DNA of 64,000 bases, taken from assembly GCF_038025025.1 (NCBI RefSeq), contig NW_027117341.1, positions 62,001-126,000 on the forward strand, read 5' to 3'. A program made the position numbers and the translations under genes. Positions 25,751-37,287 of this stretch are shown here, one piece after another (the first letter of the stretch is position 1; every line of letters starts with the position of its first letter). This stretch comes from Phyllosticta citribraziliensis (Eukaryota). The notes under the pieces are model-generated. The model ran no database searches. It saw only the letters and a list, made by a program, of their open reading frames with translations, and was not told the DNA's origin.

Positions 25751-26713
25751 CTAGGCCGAGTCGATTCTGTACATTTCTTGCAGACCCTCCAACTGCTTGA
25801 GGAACTCCTTCAAGTAAGTGTTGATATCAACGAAATTGTCGAGGAAGTCCTCCTCTATCATTGCCAAGGCCTTCTCGAGCGCTACGCTGACCTTGGCCGG
25901 GTCGCGGTCGTTGAAGATGCGCCTGAGTAGGGCTCCAAAGCTCGCATCGTTCTCAATATCGACACGGAGCGCGACAAATTCAGGCTCAATGGCAAGCATG
26001 GTGTGTTTGATGTGATCGAGAAACGGCTCGAGATCCTCAGCCTGGTAACGGACAATCTGGTTCTTTTGCATCTTGACCAGGTACTCGAGGCAGTCGATGC
26101 CTTTCCTGAGGCTATTGTTGATCTCCTCGTCCGAGGGTTTTGTGGTGGCGTCGAAGGTTGCGAGGGTCGGAGGCTCCGTCGATGGAAGCATCTGAGCAAG
26201 CGCGATGCGGATAGCGAACGACGTCTGCTCGACGGGCTGGTGCAACCCTCGGACAGCGCCAAACATCCGCGTGAGGGCCTCTTCGATGATGCGTATCCAT
26301 GCTCGAAGGCTTTCTCGTTTAATCAAGCACTGGGTGACGTAGCTGACGAGCGGGGGTTGGCTTCTTGCCGGGACGATGTCGTACACTGTGTCTTCCGGTA
26401 AGTCTGTTGTATCTGCAACGAGTACGGAACCCAAGTCGAGCATGATGGCTTTGAGGGCTCCGGCTGTCGACTTGATGTTGCACTCCAGCTTTTCCAGGGT
26501 TTTGCGGAGCGTGTTGTGCGTCTCGACCAGTCGCGCATGAATGGCGAAGGCGTCCTCGGTCATGCCTTTGTCGAATTCGTCGGCTCCGGAATCGGTGGCT
26601 TTACTGGCGCACACGTCGATGGAGTGGTCAAGGGTTTGGTCGTGATCGTCAGACGCGTCCATCTCGCTGATGGGTCTTGATCCAGATGCAAAGTTGCTCA
26701 ATGCGGTCCACAT
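25751..26713 (-). CDS. Hypothetical all-helical orphan protein (~320 aa)
   Basis: Single long ORF with coding-like GC3 bias; first ATG at 26713 (MWTALSNF); amphipathic helices; no motif recognised. Confidence 0.65.
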   Translation of the reverse strand: MWTALSNFASGSRPISEMDASDDHDQTLDHSIDVCASKATDSGADEFDKGMTEDAFAIHARLVETHNTLRKTLEKLECNIKSTAGALKAIMLDLGSVLVADTTDLPEDTVYDIVPARSQPPLVSYVTQCLIKRESLRAWIRIIEEALTRMFGAVRGLHQPVEQTSFAIRIALAQMLPSTEPPTLATFDATTKPSDEEINNSLRKGIDCLEYLVKMQKNQIVRYQAEDLEPFLDHIKHTMLAIEPEFVALRVDIENDASFGALLRRIFNDRDPAKVSVALEKALAMIEEDFLDNFVDINTYLKEFLKQLEGLQEMYRIDSA

Positions 26714-27621
26714 GGTTGGCTTCGACTTCCGAGGCAGTTTTGAGGCGAGTTTTGATACGATTAGGCTGGATTTCAAATTGTGTTGGTCGTCCGATGGCGC
26801 GGCTTAAATGACAGACTCAACATTGGCGAAGAGTTGTTGAGGCGAGGACCAAGGTTTGCAAAACCTTGGGAGTTGGCTCGGAGGGTTGAGTGCTGGACCA
26901 CGATCCGTGAGCGAAGAGACAAAGAACCGGAGAGCCGAAGGATCTTTCTCTTTCCACGGACTTCTGGTAAAGAGATGATGATGACGGGTCGCGACCAGAG
27001 GCGGCGATGGGAGGAAGTGACTCGCAGGAGGCCAGTGTTTTTGGCTCGAGGGAACCAGGGTTGGCGGAAGGGAGGGCTCTCCGTTGAGAGACGAATTCGG
27101 CTGACTGAAGAACGCAGAAAATGCGGAAAAAGTGGCGAGCAGAGAGAAAGAGTCATTTCCTCTTGAGCTCCGGCACCTGGACATCGTGCGGGCGGCCGTC
27201 GAATGCTTCCCATCTTCTGTTGCTCAAGAAGCAGGATTGCTCCTCGTCTGCCACCCCACGACGCATGAATGCTGCTCATCTCCCTGTCACAGGATGATTG
27301 AATCGGTCTTGTATTTTGAAAAACAGCAGATTTGGACGATTCTTGGGCGTGTTGGCCTGAACGAGATGAAGTCTTGTCTGTCGTTTGTTGTTGAAGTTTT
27401 GCGCCACAACTATGGCTGTGCGCAGTCCCTAGCCACGGATGCTTTAGCCACCACAGCCACAACGCCGCTAGCTGCCTGATGACGGCGGGCTGTGGCGTCA
27501 AGCTCCATGCCTCAGCTCTCTCGAGCTGGAGTCTCCTCCGCTTCCCTCCACACCTTCATCAACTCGAGTTACTTTCTTCGTTAAACATCTCCGAGGGCTG
27601 CTCAAAGTCCTGGCTAGCACC

Positions 27622-28596
27622 ATGCGGAGCACACACATTTCGTCCTTTCTCGCCCTCGTCTCCCTCTCGACCGCCGTCCCCACCTCGTGGACGACCAAAG
27701 ACCCTCTCCCCCTCGTCATCTGGCATGGATTAGGCGACAACTACCTCGCCGACGGCATACAGGAGGTGGGAGAGCTCGCCGAGCAAGTCAACCCTGGAAC
27801 ATTTGTCTACAACGTCCGCCTAGCCAACGACGCCGGCTCAGATCGTTCCGCCACCTTCTTCGGCAATGTCACTACCCAGCTGGCCCAGGTCTGCAACGAC
27901 CTGGCCACCCATCCGATTTTGTCCACTGCCCCCGCAATCAACGCGTTGGGCTTCTCCCAGGGCGGCCAGTTTCTCCGAGGATACATTGAGCGATGCAACT
28001 CGCCGCCTGTGCGGAGCTTGGTGACATTCGGCAGCCAACATAACGGTATCGTCAAGTTTCAGGATTGTGGCGCGTCGGACTGGCTTTGCAAGGGCGCCAT
28101 GGCGTTGCTCCAGACAAACGCTTGGAGTAGCTTCGTCCAGAGCCGCTTGGTGCCTGCGCAGTACTACCGCGAGGTCAACGAGACGACGGGCCTGGCGTCA
28201 GACAGCTACCTGGAATTCTCCAACTTCCTGGCCGACATCAACAACGAGAGGGAGCTTAAGAATGAGACATACAAGAAGAATCTGGCCAGCTTGGAGAAGT
28301 TTGTCATGTTCGTGTTCGAGGACGACACAACCGTCATTCCCAAGGAGACGGGTTGGTTCGCAGAGGTCAATGCAACAAGCGGCAAGGTGACGCCTCTGAA
28401 GCACCGGCCTATTTACAAGCAAGATTGGCTGGGGCTGAAGAAGCTGGATCACAAGGGAGCTCTGGTTTTCAAGACGATTCCCGGACCTCACATGCAGCTG
28501 GACGACAAGGTGCTCAAGCAAGCGTTCAAGAAGTACTTTTCGCCAGCAACCAAGAAGGCGATATTCCAAGAGGTTTTAGGAGACTGGGAGCTCTGA
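27622..28596 (+). CDS. PPT1: Palmitoyl-protein thioesterase 1
   Basis: Signal peptide, PLVIWHGLGD, nucleophile elbow GFSQGG, LVTFGSQHNG, VPAQYYR, FLADINNE, DTTVIPKE, GPHM. Confidence 0.93.
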   Translation: MRSTHISSFLALVSLSTAVPTSWTTKDPLPLVIWHGLGDNYLADGIQEVGELAEQVNPGTFVYNVRLANDAGSDRSATFFGNVTTQLAQVCNDLATHPILSTAPAINALGFSQGGQFLRGYIERCNSPPVRSLVTFGSQHNGIVKFQDCGASDWLCKGAMALLQTNAWSSFVQSRLVPAQYYREVNETTGLASDSYLEFSNFLADINNERELKNETYKKNLASLEKFVMFVFEDDTTVIPKETGWFAEVNATSGKVTPLKHRPIYKQDWLGLKKLDHKGALVFKTIPGPHMQLDDKVLKQAFKKYFSPATKKAIFQEVLGDWEL

Positions 28597-28971
28597 TGTG
28601 TACAGTAGGAAAGAATTCATGCACATTTATTCGAATCAAACAAATCTTGGGCTGTACATACTGTAGATGCGCTGACCGGGAATAAGGCACTGCAGCTTGA
28701 CGCTCGGACGGGAGCTCTGACCTCGGCAGCCCCTCCGCATGGCGGGGATGAGATCCGATTGCTCCACCTCGCCGCGGCCAAACACCATCAGATCCCCACT
28801 CGCTCCCTGGACCTTTCAAATGACGCGCTGCCACCTTGACTAATCGTTGAGTGCTTTAGAAATCATCCATTGCATCGAAGACCTCCCCCTTCAAAACAAT
28901 TGATTCTCCTCGATTCTTCGCGCCCGAAGACCCCAATCCATGACCGAGACCTCCACCACACAACGTCCACA

Positions 28972-30102
28972 ATGCCTACCGCTATCGTAATCCGCAAAAT
29001 CGACGGCAAGCCAGGTCAAGTCTGGTACCCACTCGATCGTACCGACGTGCCCAGCACTACTCCCTCTGAGACTCAAGTAACCGTACGCCTATCGGCCGCC
29101 GCCCTCAACCACCGCGACGTCTTCCTCCGCCAACACCTCTACCCCGGCACGACCTTTGGAGTACCGCTCCTCGCCGACGGGGCAGGCCTCGTCACAGCCA
29201 CCGGCAGCGACCCTTCAGCGCGCCGCTGGGCCGGCAAGCGCGTCATCCTCAACCCTGGCACAGGATGGAAGCACAGCCCGGAGGGACCAGAGAACCCGCG
29301 CGGCTACGCCATCTTGGGCGGCACAAAGTTCAACCCGATCGGCACGCTGGCGGAAGAGGTGACGGTGGAAGCGGAGGAGCTGGAAGAGGCGCCGACACAT
29401 TTGAGCGCGGTTGAGGCGGCGGCGCTGCCGTTGACCGGCCTGACAGCATGGCGGGCCGTCGTGACCAAGAGCGGCAACGCGGCGCCGGGGCACAACATAC
29501 TCGTGACTGGTATTGGTGGTGGTGTGGCTCTCATGGCGCTGCTGTTTGCCACGGCAAAGGGTGCCAATGTGTTCGTTACGAGCGGCAGCGAGGAGAAGCT
29601 GAGCAAGGCGAAGGACTTGGGCGCCAAAGGCGGCGTCAACTACAAGGAGGAGGGCTGGGAGAAGAAGCTCGCCGCCATCCTGCCAGATGGAAGGCTTGAT
29701 GCCATCGTCGACGGCGCAGGCGGCGACGTGGTCGAAAAGGGGGCAAAGCTTCTCAAGGTTGGATACCCCTCTCGCTCACGTTGACATTTGCTTACAATGT
29801 ACCAGAACGGCGGCGTCATCGTCTCATACGGCATGACAATCGGCCCCAAAATGCCATTCCTCATGTCAGCGGTTCTCAAGAACATCGAGCTGCGCGGCTC
29901 GACGATGGGGTCGCGCAAGGAGTTCGCCGACATGGTCGCCTTTGTCAACGACAAGAACCTCAAGCCCGTCATCTCGCGCGTTGTGTCCGGCATCGACAAC
30001 TTGGAGGGCATCGATGGGCTGTTTGAGGATATGAAGAATGGCACGCAGTTTGGGAAGTTGGTTGTTGAGATCGCAAAGGAGGCTGAGTCTAGTAAGTTGT
30101 GA
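28972..30102 (+). CDS. Medium-chain dehydrogenase/reductase (zinc-independent, quinone oxidoreductase-like)
   Basis: AAALNHRD, DGAG, EAAALPLTGLTAWRA, nucleotide-binding VTGIGGGVA, LRGSTMGSRKEF, QFGKLV. Intron 29758-29805. Confidence 0.92.
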
Positions 30103-30821
30103 GCAAGATGCAATGGATTTCAAGTGGCTTATGAGAGTGTGGTAGCTTGAAGGGCCGTGATGAATGAGTGCTGCTTGAGTGCGGCTATAGCTGTGGCGAT
30201 GGATGAATGCTCCGTGTGTGCACTCTTTGTGTTTGATGACAGCTACGTGTCGCAGCCGTATCCAGAGATGCAACTCATTCCAACACATTAAATTCATCAG
30301 ACCCGCGAATGCCTGCTGTGTACCAGAGACGACCGGAACCACGGACGTCTAATGTACGGTACTCCTCCCTTCTCCTTTTCCAGTCGACGGTCATCTCTTC
30401 CGCCTCATCTCTCCAACACCGCGTCAGTGTGAAAACCAAAAAGACGCAGAGAGTGATTTCATCGCGTTGCGGGCACTCACGCCAATGATGGATGCACGTT
30501 GACTGGATTGAACTTACCGCCACCCACGCAGCTGCTCTCAAGGGCTGCTCCTGCCTCGATGCGCATCTGATCTCGATCACCAGATCTCGATAGCTCCTCT
30601 CGATGCTCGTGGAGCAATCGTGGTTGGACAAGACTGCACCCCAACACCTCCACGGCAGGAGCGGCCCACGCAACGTGCAATTCTACAGACTCCTTGATCT
30701 TTCATGTCCCAACTTCTCTTCCCTCGCTCATCTCTCTCAACAGCTAGGACCCTCATTCACTACTCAGCATCATTCGCTAGCTGTCTTGGAAACTCCATTC
30801 AACTACACAATATCATTCAAA

Positions 30822-32403
30822 ATGCAGAATACCTGGATTCCCCACCCTTCAGACGCCCCACCTGTACCCGTCCGGTCTGGAAAGGGCAGCAGGGACTCTC
30901 TGGAGCTCGCATGGCAGTATGAACTTCTTCCAACAGTGCAGGACTTTGCGTACCCGCCAGGTCTCAAGGCCACGAATCTTCTCCGAATGATCTGGAAACA
31001 CTTTCGCATCGCCACATACGACTACAATACGTCAATCAAAACCTACTATGAGCCCGGCGGCGATAAGGATAATCATGTCAAGATCCTTATGGAGCAAATA
31101 CGCCCCAAGAAGGTTCCTGGCCAGCCAATGTCACATCGCCACCCTCGCCAACATCCGAGGGCCGAATGGGACCGTCGAAACTGGTATGGCCTATCCTATG
31201 GCCAGGATATGAATGCCATTGCAGCTTTGACGGGGCCTGTAGCGCGGCTACTGGGTCGTGAGTCTACGTCAAGCCCCTGTCGAGAGAGCAATTGGTTACT
31301 GACGTCAACCCAACAGCAATGGGGTTCAAAGTCGAAGAAGTCTTGGTCCGCGTCAAAGATACCGCCATTCTCCATATGTACGGTTTCAGAGACCACATCA
31401 ACCCGACACTTGCCAAAGATGTCCCCAACGACCCATTTCTCCTGGTCTTCAAGGCCACGTGGCTTGGTGACTGTACATTGACGCATGTGCTTGCGCCGAC
31501 GGGGCCGCGTTTCGGTTGGAACTGGTTCGCCATGGCTTGGGACACCTTCATACAAAACTATGTGCAGGATGAACTGCGGGTGCGGCCGCTGGGAACCACG
31601 CGCCAGGTGCTCGACGACCAGGTTGTCTACGACTACCGAATTCCTAAACACGTGATGAAGGTGCCGAACCGCATGATCCGGCAACGGCAGCGCAGAGACG
31701 CACGAATAAACTTGAGAAGTCTGCTCAACAAATTTTGCGACCGCATGACACCGCAGCCCCTTTTGCGTATCGAATGCTATGATTCGTTTGGTGAAAGAAT
31801 TGAGAGAAATATGAGAAAGTACTCGGGTGCTTGGGTTCAGAACTTGTGAGTCGAATCATTCAACGCTCTCCCCAGCACATCGTCTTTTGGAAACTGACCT
31901 CTTTCTCTCCGCAGACGTCTTGAACGCCGCGAGCGCATCAAGGGTCAGTCTTGTATCCTTGTGACGTCCCTTTGTCCGTTCTTCGCAACTAACATTGTGC
32001 ATTTTCAGGGGCCGTCAAAACCCTAGTTCGCCAGCCCTGGCATTTCGAAAGAGCTTTCAAGTTCAGTGCGGAACCGCTCCCCGACTCTACCCCATGTGAA
32101 ATTGCAGAAGAAAACAAAACGGATCGTATCGACAGTTCTGTGGGACACGCTGCGAACAATGGTCCCGCGGCACCCACCGGCCCTGCCGCGCCGCCTGTGC
32201 CTGAGGATGCCGCTGCTGGTTTACGAACACACCGGAAGCTCAAAATCAAGCAGAAGTTTGATTTGAATCTTTTCAAGAAAGGAAGGCCAAGCACGCGGGA
32301 TTATCAGCTGCTTGACGGCGAAGGCCCAGCCGGACCCGAAGATCGACCTCTCTTGGATCCATCGCCTCAGCAAAACGAACAAGCTCAGGAACAGCAGGCC
32401 TAG
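30822..32403 (+). CDS. Hypothetical protein; putative catalytically inactive paralog of the 33470-34966 gene
   Basis: Exons 30822-31257, 31317-31845, 31915-31943, 32009-32403 with canonical splice sites. Aligns block-wise to the neighbouring gene. The frame stays open past the TAG to 33111. Confidence 0.7.
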
Positions 32404-33111
32404 CAAGCCCCGCACAACAATCAACCGGGCAATTTTCCAGGCTTCGATGCCTATGGCGTGACGGGCGGACTGCTCGATCTCGGACCGCAGCCTCCTCTTC
32501 CCAGTGCCGGAGTCCAAACTCCATACTGGCGCGTCCTCGAAGAGGGCGCCAACGCGGCGTTGCTACAGCGCCAACGCAACGCTGAAAGGGGCTTGGAGGC
32601 TTGGTATCGCCTCCACGCCGACGAGGGAGAGAGTCTGGACCTTGACCCCCGCTGGACCAAGTCGCCGCCGCCGCAGGCACCAGAGACCGCTCACAATCCC
32701 GCGCCTGCGAGCACAGCTGCCGCAAACGCACCCGACGGCGCCAGCGAGGAACCATCTCGCGAACCGGCAGACGAAGATCCAGACGCCATCACGCCCGCGC
32801 CGCCGCCCGTGCCGCCCAAGGACGACCCAGAAGACGGTCCGCCGCCGCAGCGCATGCTGTGGGCGGGTTCGGCCTACATCAATTGGGACAAGTATATCCG
32901 GCATTGGTACTTTTATGAGATTGATGACGAGTATCGCTTCCTGGCCGAGTCGGGCCGCGTTGGCCCGAATAGTGTCACTGTTCAGCGGGATTGGCTGAGG
33001 ATGCCGGAGTTGGGTTTTCCTGCCGTCGCGGTGGGGGAGCCGGCGCCGGGGAGTGTGGGGGTGGGTGATGGGGAGGGGGGGTGGGGAGGGGGAGTAGGGT
33101 TTGGAGATTGA
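32404..33111 (+). other. In-frame C-terminal extension of the 30822 gene beyond a single TAG (nonsense allele or readthrough)
   Basis: Same frame as the last exon; 235 stop-free sense codons; no ATG near its start; protein-like content (LWAGSAYINWDKYIRHWYFYEIDDEYRF). Confidence 0.55.
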
Positions 33112-33469
33112 GGAAGAGAAAGGGGGAGGAAAGGAAGGATGGGGGCATTCACTTGTGGGACTTGTGGGAGTAATATGAGAGGGGAGGGGGGTAATGCGAA
33201 TGCAGTGAATTACGGGTGGTTGATAGTGGATTGTGGATTATGCATTAGAGTATTAAGTATGTGGTCATGAGCGCCTGGCTCACTTACCTGCCCTTCCTTA
33301 CCTTGCTTTTCTCTAGCTGTCGCTGTCGCTCTGCGTTGAAAATAGAGAACTTACCGTCGCTGCTTTACTTTGCTTACCTTCTTCTCTTCTGTTCTTCGAA
33401 ACCCAGCTTACCTTGAGACCAACCCAGCCAAGTCACTTACCTCTCCCCCATTCACTCCCCTCTTCCCTC

Positions 33470-34966
33470 TCACTCATCAAAATTAATAAATTGCCGCCAA
33501 GTCAGCTGCTCCGCGTTCTGCGCCGCCGTCGCGTTCGTCTCGTCGGCCATCATCCGATCGATCTGATGTTGCGCCATCTGGCCCAGCGGCGCCACGCCAT
33601 GTGCCGCCAGCAGCCGGTTCACGTCTGTCGACGCGTCGATTGTGGGGAGGGTGAGGGGGGGCTGTTGGAGAGCAATGCCGTTTGTGGCGCCTCCTGACGG
33701 AGCCGCCGGCGACGCGGTAGCACCCCTGGGCGCGGTAACACCTACAATGTTGAGCGGATTGCTGTCCAGGAAGTTGGGCGGCTGGCTGTGCGGGCGGAAG
33801 CCGGGCAGCGAAGGGTCGTAGAGGGCAGCGATGGCCTGCTGCACCTGTGCAGGAGAGGGGTAATCGTCGTCCCACTGCGCCTCCATGGCCGGGCGGCCGT
33901 GGTACGTCATGAAGTTAGAGTAGGCGGTGTTCTCCTGGAGGCGCTGGCCGGTGGTGCGCGAGACGTAGTGGCCGCAGCCGACCTGCTGGTCGACGAGGCG
34001 GCGCGTGCGGATCTCGTGCGCGACGGGGCCGGTGACGCCGTACGTGGCGGCGATGGCGGGCCAGCGCCCCGGCACGCTGCCCACCCAGTCACGCATGTGC
34101 TGCAGGAAGCGCTCGGCGTAGAAGGCGTACTGCGGCTCGGGCAGGCCGACGACGTGGGCGAGCGGGAGGCAGGTGGCCTCGAAGCCGGCGATGCCGTCGG
34201 CGAAGTCGCGGCGCAGCATCCAGCGGCCGTGGGTGAAGCGCTGCGGCAGCGAGGCCACGGCGCGGTGCGGGTCGTCGTGGAAGACGGGCGTGCCCTCGCT
34301 CGTGAAGTCGCACAGCCAGTCCTCGACGTAGTCGGTGAAGACCGAGTGCAGCGAGTGCTGCGCGCTGTCGACGCAGTAGCTGATGGATGCCACGCGGTTC
34401 TGCGAGTACCAGTCCCACGGCGCCGTCGGCGGGCTGTCGTGCCAGTTGTACTGCGGGCCCGTCAGGTCGACGGCGTACTGGGCGCCGCTGCCGGCGAGCG
34501 TCGCGCGCAGGATGTAGTGGGTGACGCGCTGGTCGTCGCCGAGCCAGCGCGCCCACAGCGCCTCGTTCTTGGGCTGGAAGTGCACCTCCTCGATGCGCGA
34601 GCAGTAGGGCCCGAGGATGGCGTTGATCATGGGCGCCATGACGATAGTCGAATCCATGCACTGGAAAATCATTAGCAGCGTGCGCTTGACCTGCTCCGGG
34701 TAATCGTTGAGCACGTACGGGGCCGCGTACGGCAGGTCGTAGATGGGCACGAAGTCGGCGGCCATGCGCGCGTCGAGGGGGTCCTTGGGGAAGTCGTGCG
34801 TTAGGACGACGTTGCCTTCGTCCAGGAAGGTGAACATCGTGTTCTGGTCGTAGAGACCTTCGCGGAAAATCATAAACGTCTCCTGGAGCAGCTTGCTGGC
34901 TCGCTGGAAGGACTGTTCGGTGGAGACGGAAGGGCCAAAAGCATTCTGGGGCATGGGTCCGGCCAT
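33470..34966 (-). CDS. Hypothetical protein with putative transglutaminase/papain-like Cys-His-Asp triad; resembles (from memory) the C-terminal region of fungal MYND-finger proteins but has no MYND finger
   Basis: 498-aa single-exon ORF with strong GC3 bias. FQC103MDS, IEEV, TH150YILRATL, YAVD167LTGPQYNW. Confidence 0.75.
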   Translation of the reverse strand: MAGPMPQNAFGPSVSTEQSFQRASKLLQETFMIFREGLYDQNTMFTFLDEGNVVLTHDFPKDPLDARMAADFVPIYDLPYAAPYVLNDYPEQVKRTLLMIFQCMDSTIVMAPMINAILGPYCSRIEEVHFQPKNEALWARWLGDDQRVTHYILRATLAGSGAQYAVDLTGPQYNWHDSPPTAPWDWYSQNRVASISYCVDSAQHSLHSVFTDYVEDWLCDFTSEGTPVFHDDPHRAVASLPQRFTHGRWMLRRDFADGIAGFEATCLPLAHVVGLPEPQYAFYAERFLQHMRDWVGSVPGRWPAIAATYGVTGPVAHEIRTRRLVDQQVGCGHYVSRTTGQRLQENTAYSNFMTYHGRPAMEAQWDDDYPSPAQVQQAIAALYDPSLPGFRPHSQPPNFLDSNPLNIVGVTAPRGATASPAAPSGGATNGIALQQPPLTLPTIDASTDVNRLLAAHGVAPLGQMAQHQIDRMMADETNATAAQNAEQLTWRQFINFDE

Positions 34967-35177
34967 GTTGTCGAATCACAGATTAGACTGAGGAAATGGA
35001 AGAAAAAGCGAATGAATGGAGAGATGGTGGTGTTTGCTGTCATCTCGAGAGCACCCATGTTGGTAGTTATGGCTGGAGAGTCGATTCTGTACAATGTAGT
35101 CAGTAGTTCAGACAATGCAAGATTCGGAGAAAAAGGTTGATTGTCTCTGGTACAATGGCGTTGTTCGAATGCTCCTT

Positions 35178-36989
35178 TCATCCAACAAAGACTGCCTTCA
35201 GGCGGTGCCACAATGGATGCTTCTTGACAAGCGGTTCATCCGAGTCATCAGTGTCTTCGCGACGGCCCGTCCAAATGTCAATGTCTGCAGCTCTTACGAA
35301 TTCGGTCTTGTGCCAGAACTTCCAAAAGACGACGAAAAGCACAAAGATGGGAATGAGAATGTAGTTGATGACGAAATCCGAGGGACTGAAGGGGTTCAAA
35401 AAGGCCGTATACCCTGCGTCAAAGTCAGCAAGAGCTGTTGTTCATATTAACACACGCACCCTGGAAGAAGACGAGGAAGACGTTGGCAGCCAGACAGGCA
35501 TAGGTCCCCCACGGATACCACAGGGCCTTGAAAGGCAGGTCGTCGGCGCTTTGTCCTTGGGCCTTGAGGGCTTGGCGCAGGCGAATGTGGACGACTTCAA
35601 TGGTAGCCCAGACAATGAACGTCGCCACTCCCGAAAGGGTGATGAGAGCCTCAAAGACGACACCTGCACCGGACCCTTGTGAAAGAAAGGATATGCAAGC
35701 CGCCAGGTTCGTAAATAGCAAAGCTGCCCACGGCACTCCTTTTTTGTTCGTCTTGCCAAGAAATAGGGGAGCCATGCCAGAGCGAGCCATGTGCGTGATA
35801 GTCCTGGAGGCGACGTAGAGCGACGAGTTGCCGGCTGAGATGACGGAGACGACAATCAATGCGTTGATTAGGTGAGCAGCCGGTGCGATTTGGGCATCTT
35901 CCAGGGCAATGGTAAGGGGTGATGCGGCAGTCTTGGAGCTTCCAGACAATAAGCGCTTGTCGGTGTAAGGAATTAGCATGCCGATGAAGAACATCATGCC
36001 AATGTAAAAGATGAGGATGCGCCAAAAGACCTGGTTGATGGCGCGTGGGACCGCTCTTCGAGGGTTGGCAGACTCGCCAGCCGTGATGCCGACCATTTCC
36101 GTCCCGGCAAAGAGGGTACCAGCAATGACAAAGGTTTTGGCGACGCCATTGATAGAATCAGCAAAAGCGCCCGGGTCGTGCCAGTACTTGAAGCCGATTT
36201 TCTGAGGACCGATGCCGCCCGCCGAAATCGCAATGGCGAGAATGAAGAAGACGGTCAAAGAAATGACTTTGACCAAAGACAGCCAAAACTCAACTTCACC
36301 ATAGGCGAGTACACCCAGCATGCTCAGCGAGACGAAGATGACCCAGAAGATCAGTATCCAAGCCCACTGCGGCACCGTGTCGGTCCAGTACATGACGACC
36401 AGCGAGATGGAGTTGTACTCGTTGGCAAGGACCTGGCCGTGTCAGCAGCGAGCATGTTACGAGGAGCATTCGACTTGCAGTAACCCACAAATACCAGTAC
36501 GCCCAACCCAGGGCAAAAGCCAAAGATTCGTCGACAAATCGAGCCGCATAGTCGGTAAATGATCCGGTCACGGGGATTAGGGTCGCCAATTCACCAAGAG
36601 ATTGCCTGAGTGGGTTCAGCAGCGACCCCAGACAAAGAGCAAGGGTGCCCACATGACGAAAAACACAATGATGCCCACCAGGGAGAAGCTGATGAGCACG
36701 CCGGCAGGGCCAGCGAGGTGGAGAGCATTGCCAGAGCCAACCAAGAGTCCGGGTCCGATGATGCCTCGTAAAGTCAGCGCGGGGTCGATTTTGAGCGCTC
36801 GGAATGCATCGCACCTCCAATGGTGATCATCTGCAGGTGGCGAGACTTGAGCTTGCGATGCAGAGGCGCAAAGTCACCCTGCTGGTGGTCGTCGACCTGG
36901 GCATGTTCGGTCTCCGTGCCGTCCTTGAAGAGCCTCGGATCGGCCATGTCTCGAGAGTTGAGGAGTTGGTAAGCTGGGCCGCCGTCCAT
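35178..36989 (-). CDS. Amino acid permease (APC superfamily, YAT family)
   Basis: LHRKLKSRHLQMITIGG, IGPGLLVGSG, SLGELATLIPVTGSF, YGEVEFW, GTEMVGITAGES.NPR; many TM helices; introns near 36.8, 36.6, 36.45 and 35.43 kb. Start is 36989 or 36947. Confidence 0.93.
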
Positions 36990-37287
36990 TATTTTTCTGC
37001 AGCGGCAATTCCAGAAAAGGCTAAGTGACCTGTTGCGGCATGGTTGCAGCTCGTCAAAGCGGTCGGCGATAACGCGATGCGCGCTAACGCCCACTGTGCG
37101 TTTGTCGATCCAGGCGTGGTGGACATGGGCATGGGTGCCATATCAGGGACGCAAGGGAGGCGAGGGAGGCGAGGGATTGCATCGCGTTGTTTTGGAGTGT
37201 TTTCGACAAAGGGTGAGGATGAGGATCCCATCGTTCGACCTGATGTTTGAAGCTGTGTCGTGACAGCGGCGCGGTCTAGTTGGTCCA

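Noticed and set aside
33788..34979. Alternative long ORFs (33788-34675 +, 34089-34979 -)
   Set aside because: Shadow frames of a very GC-rich CDS.
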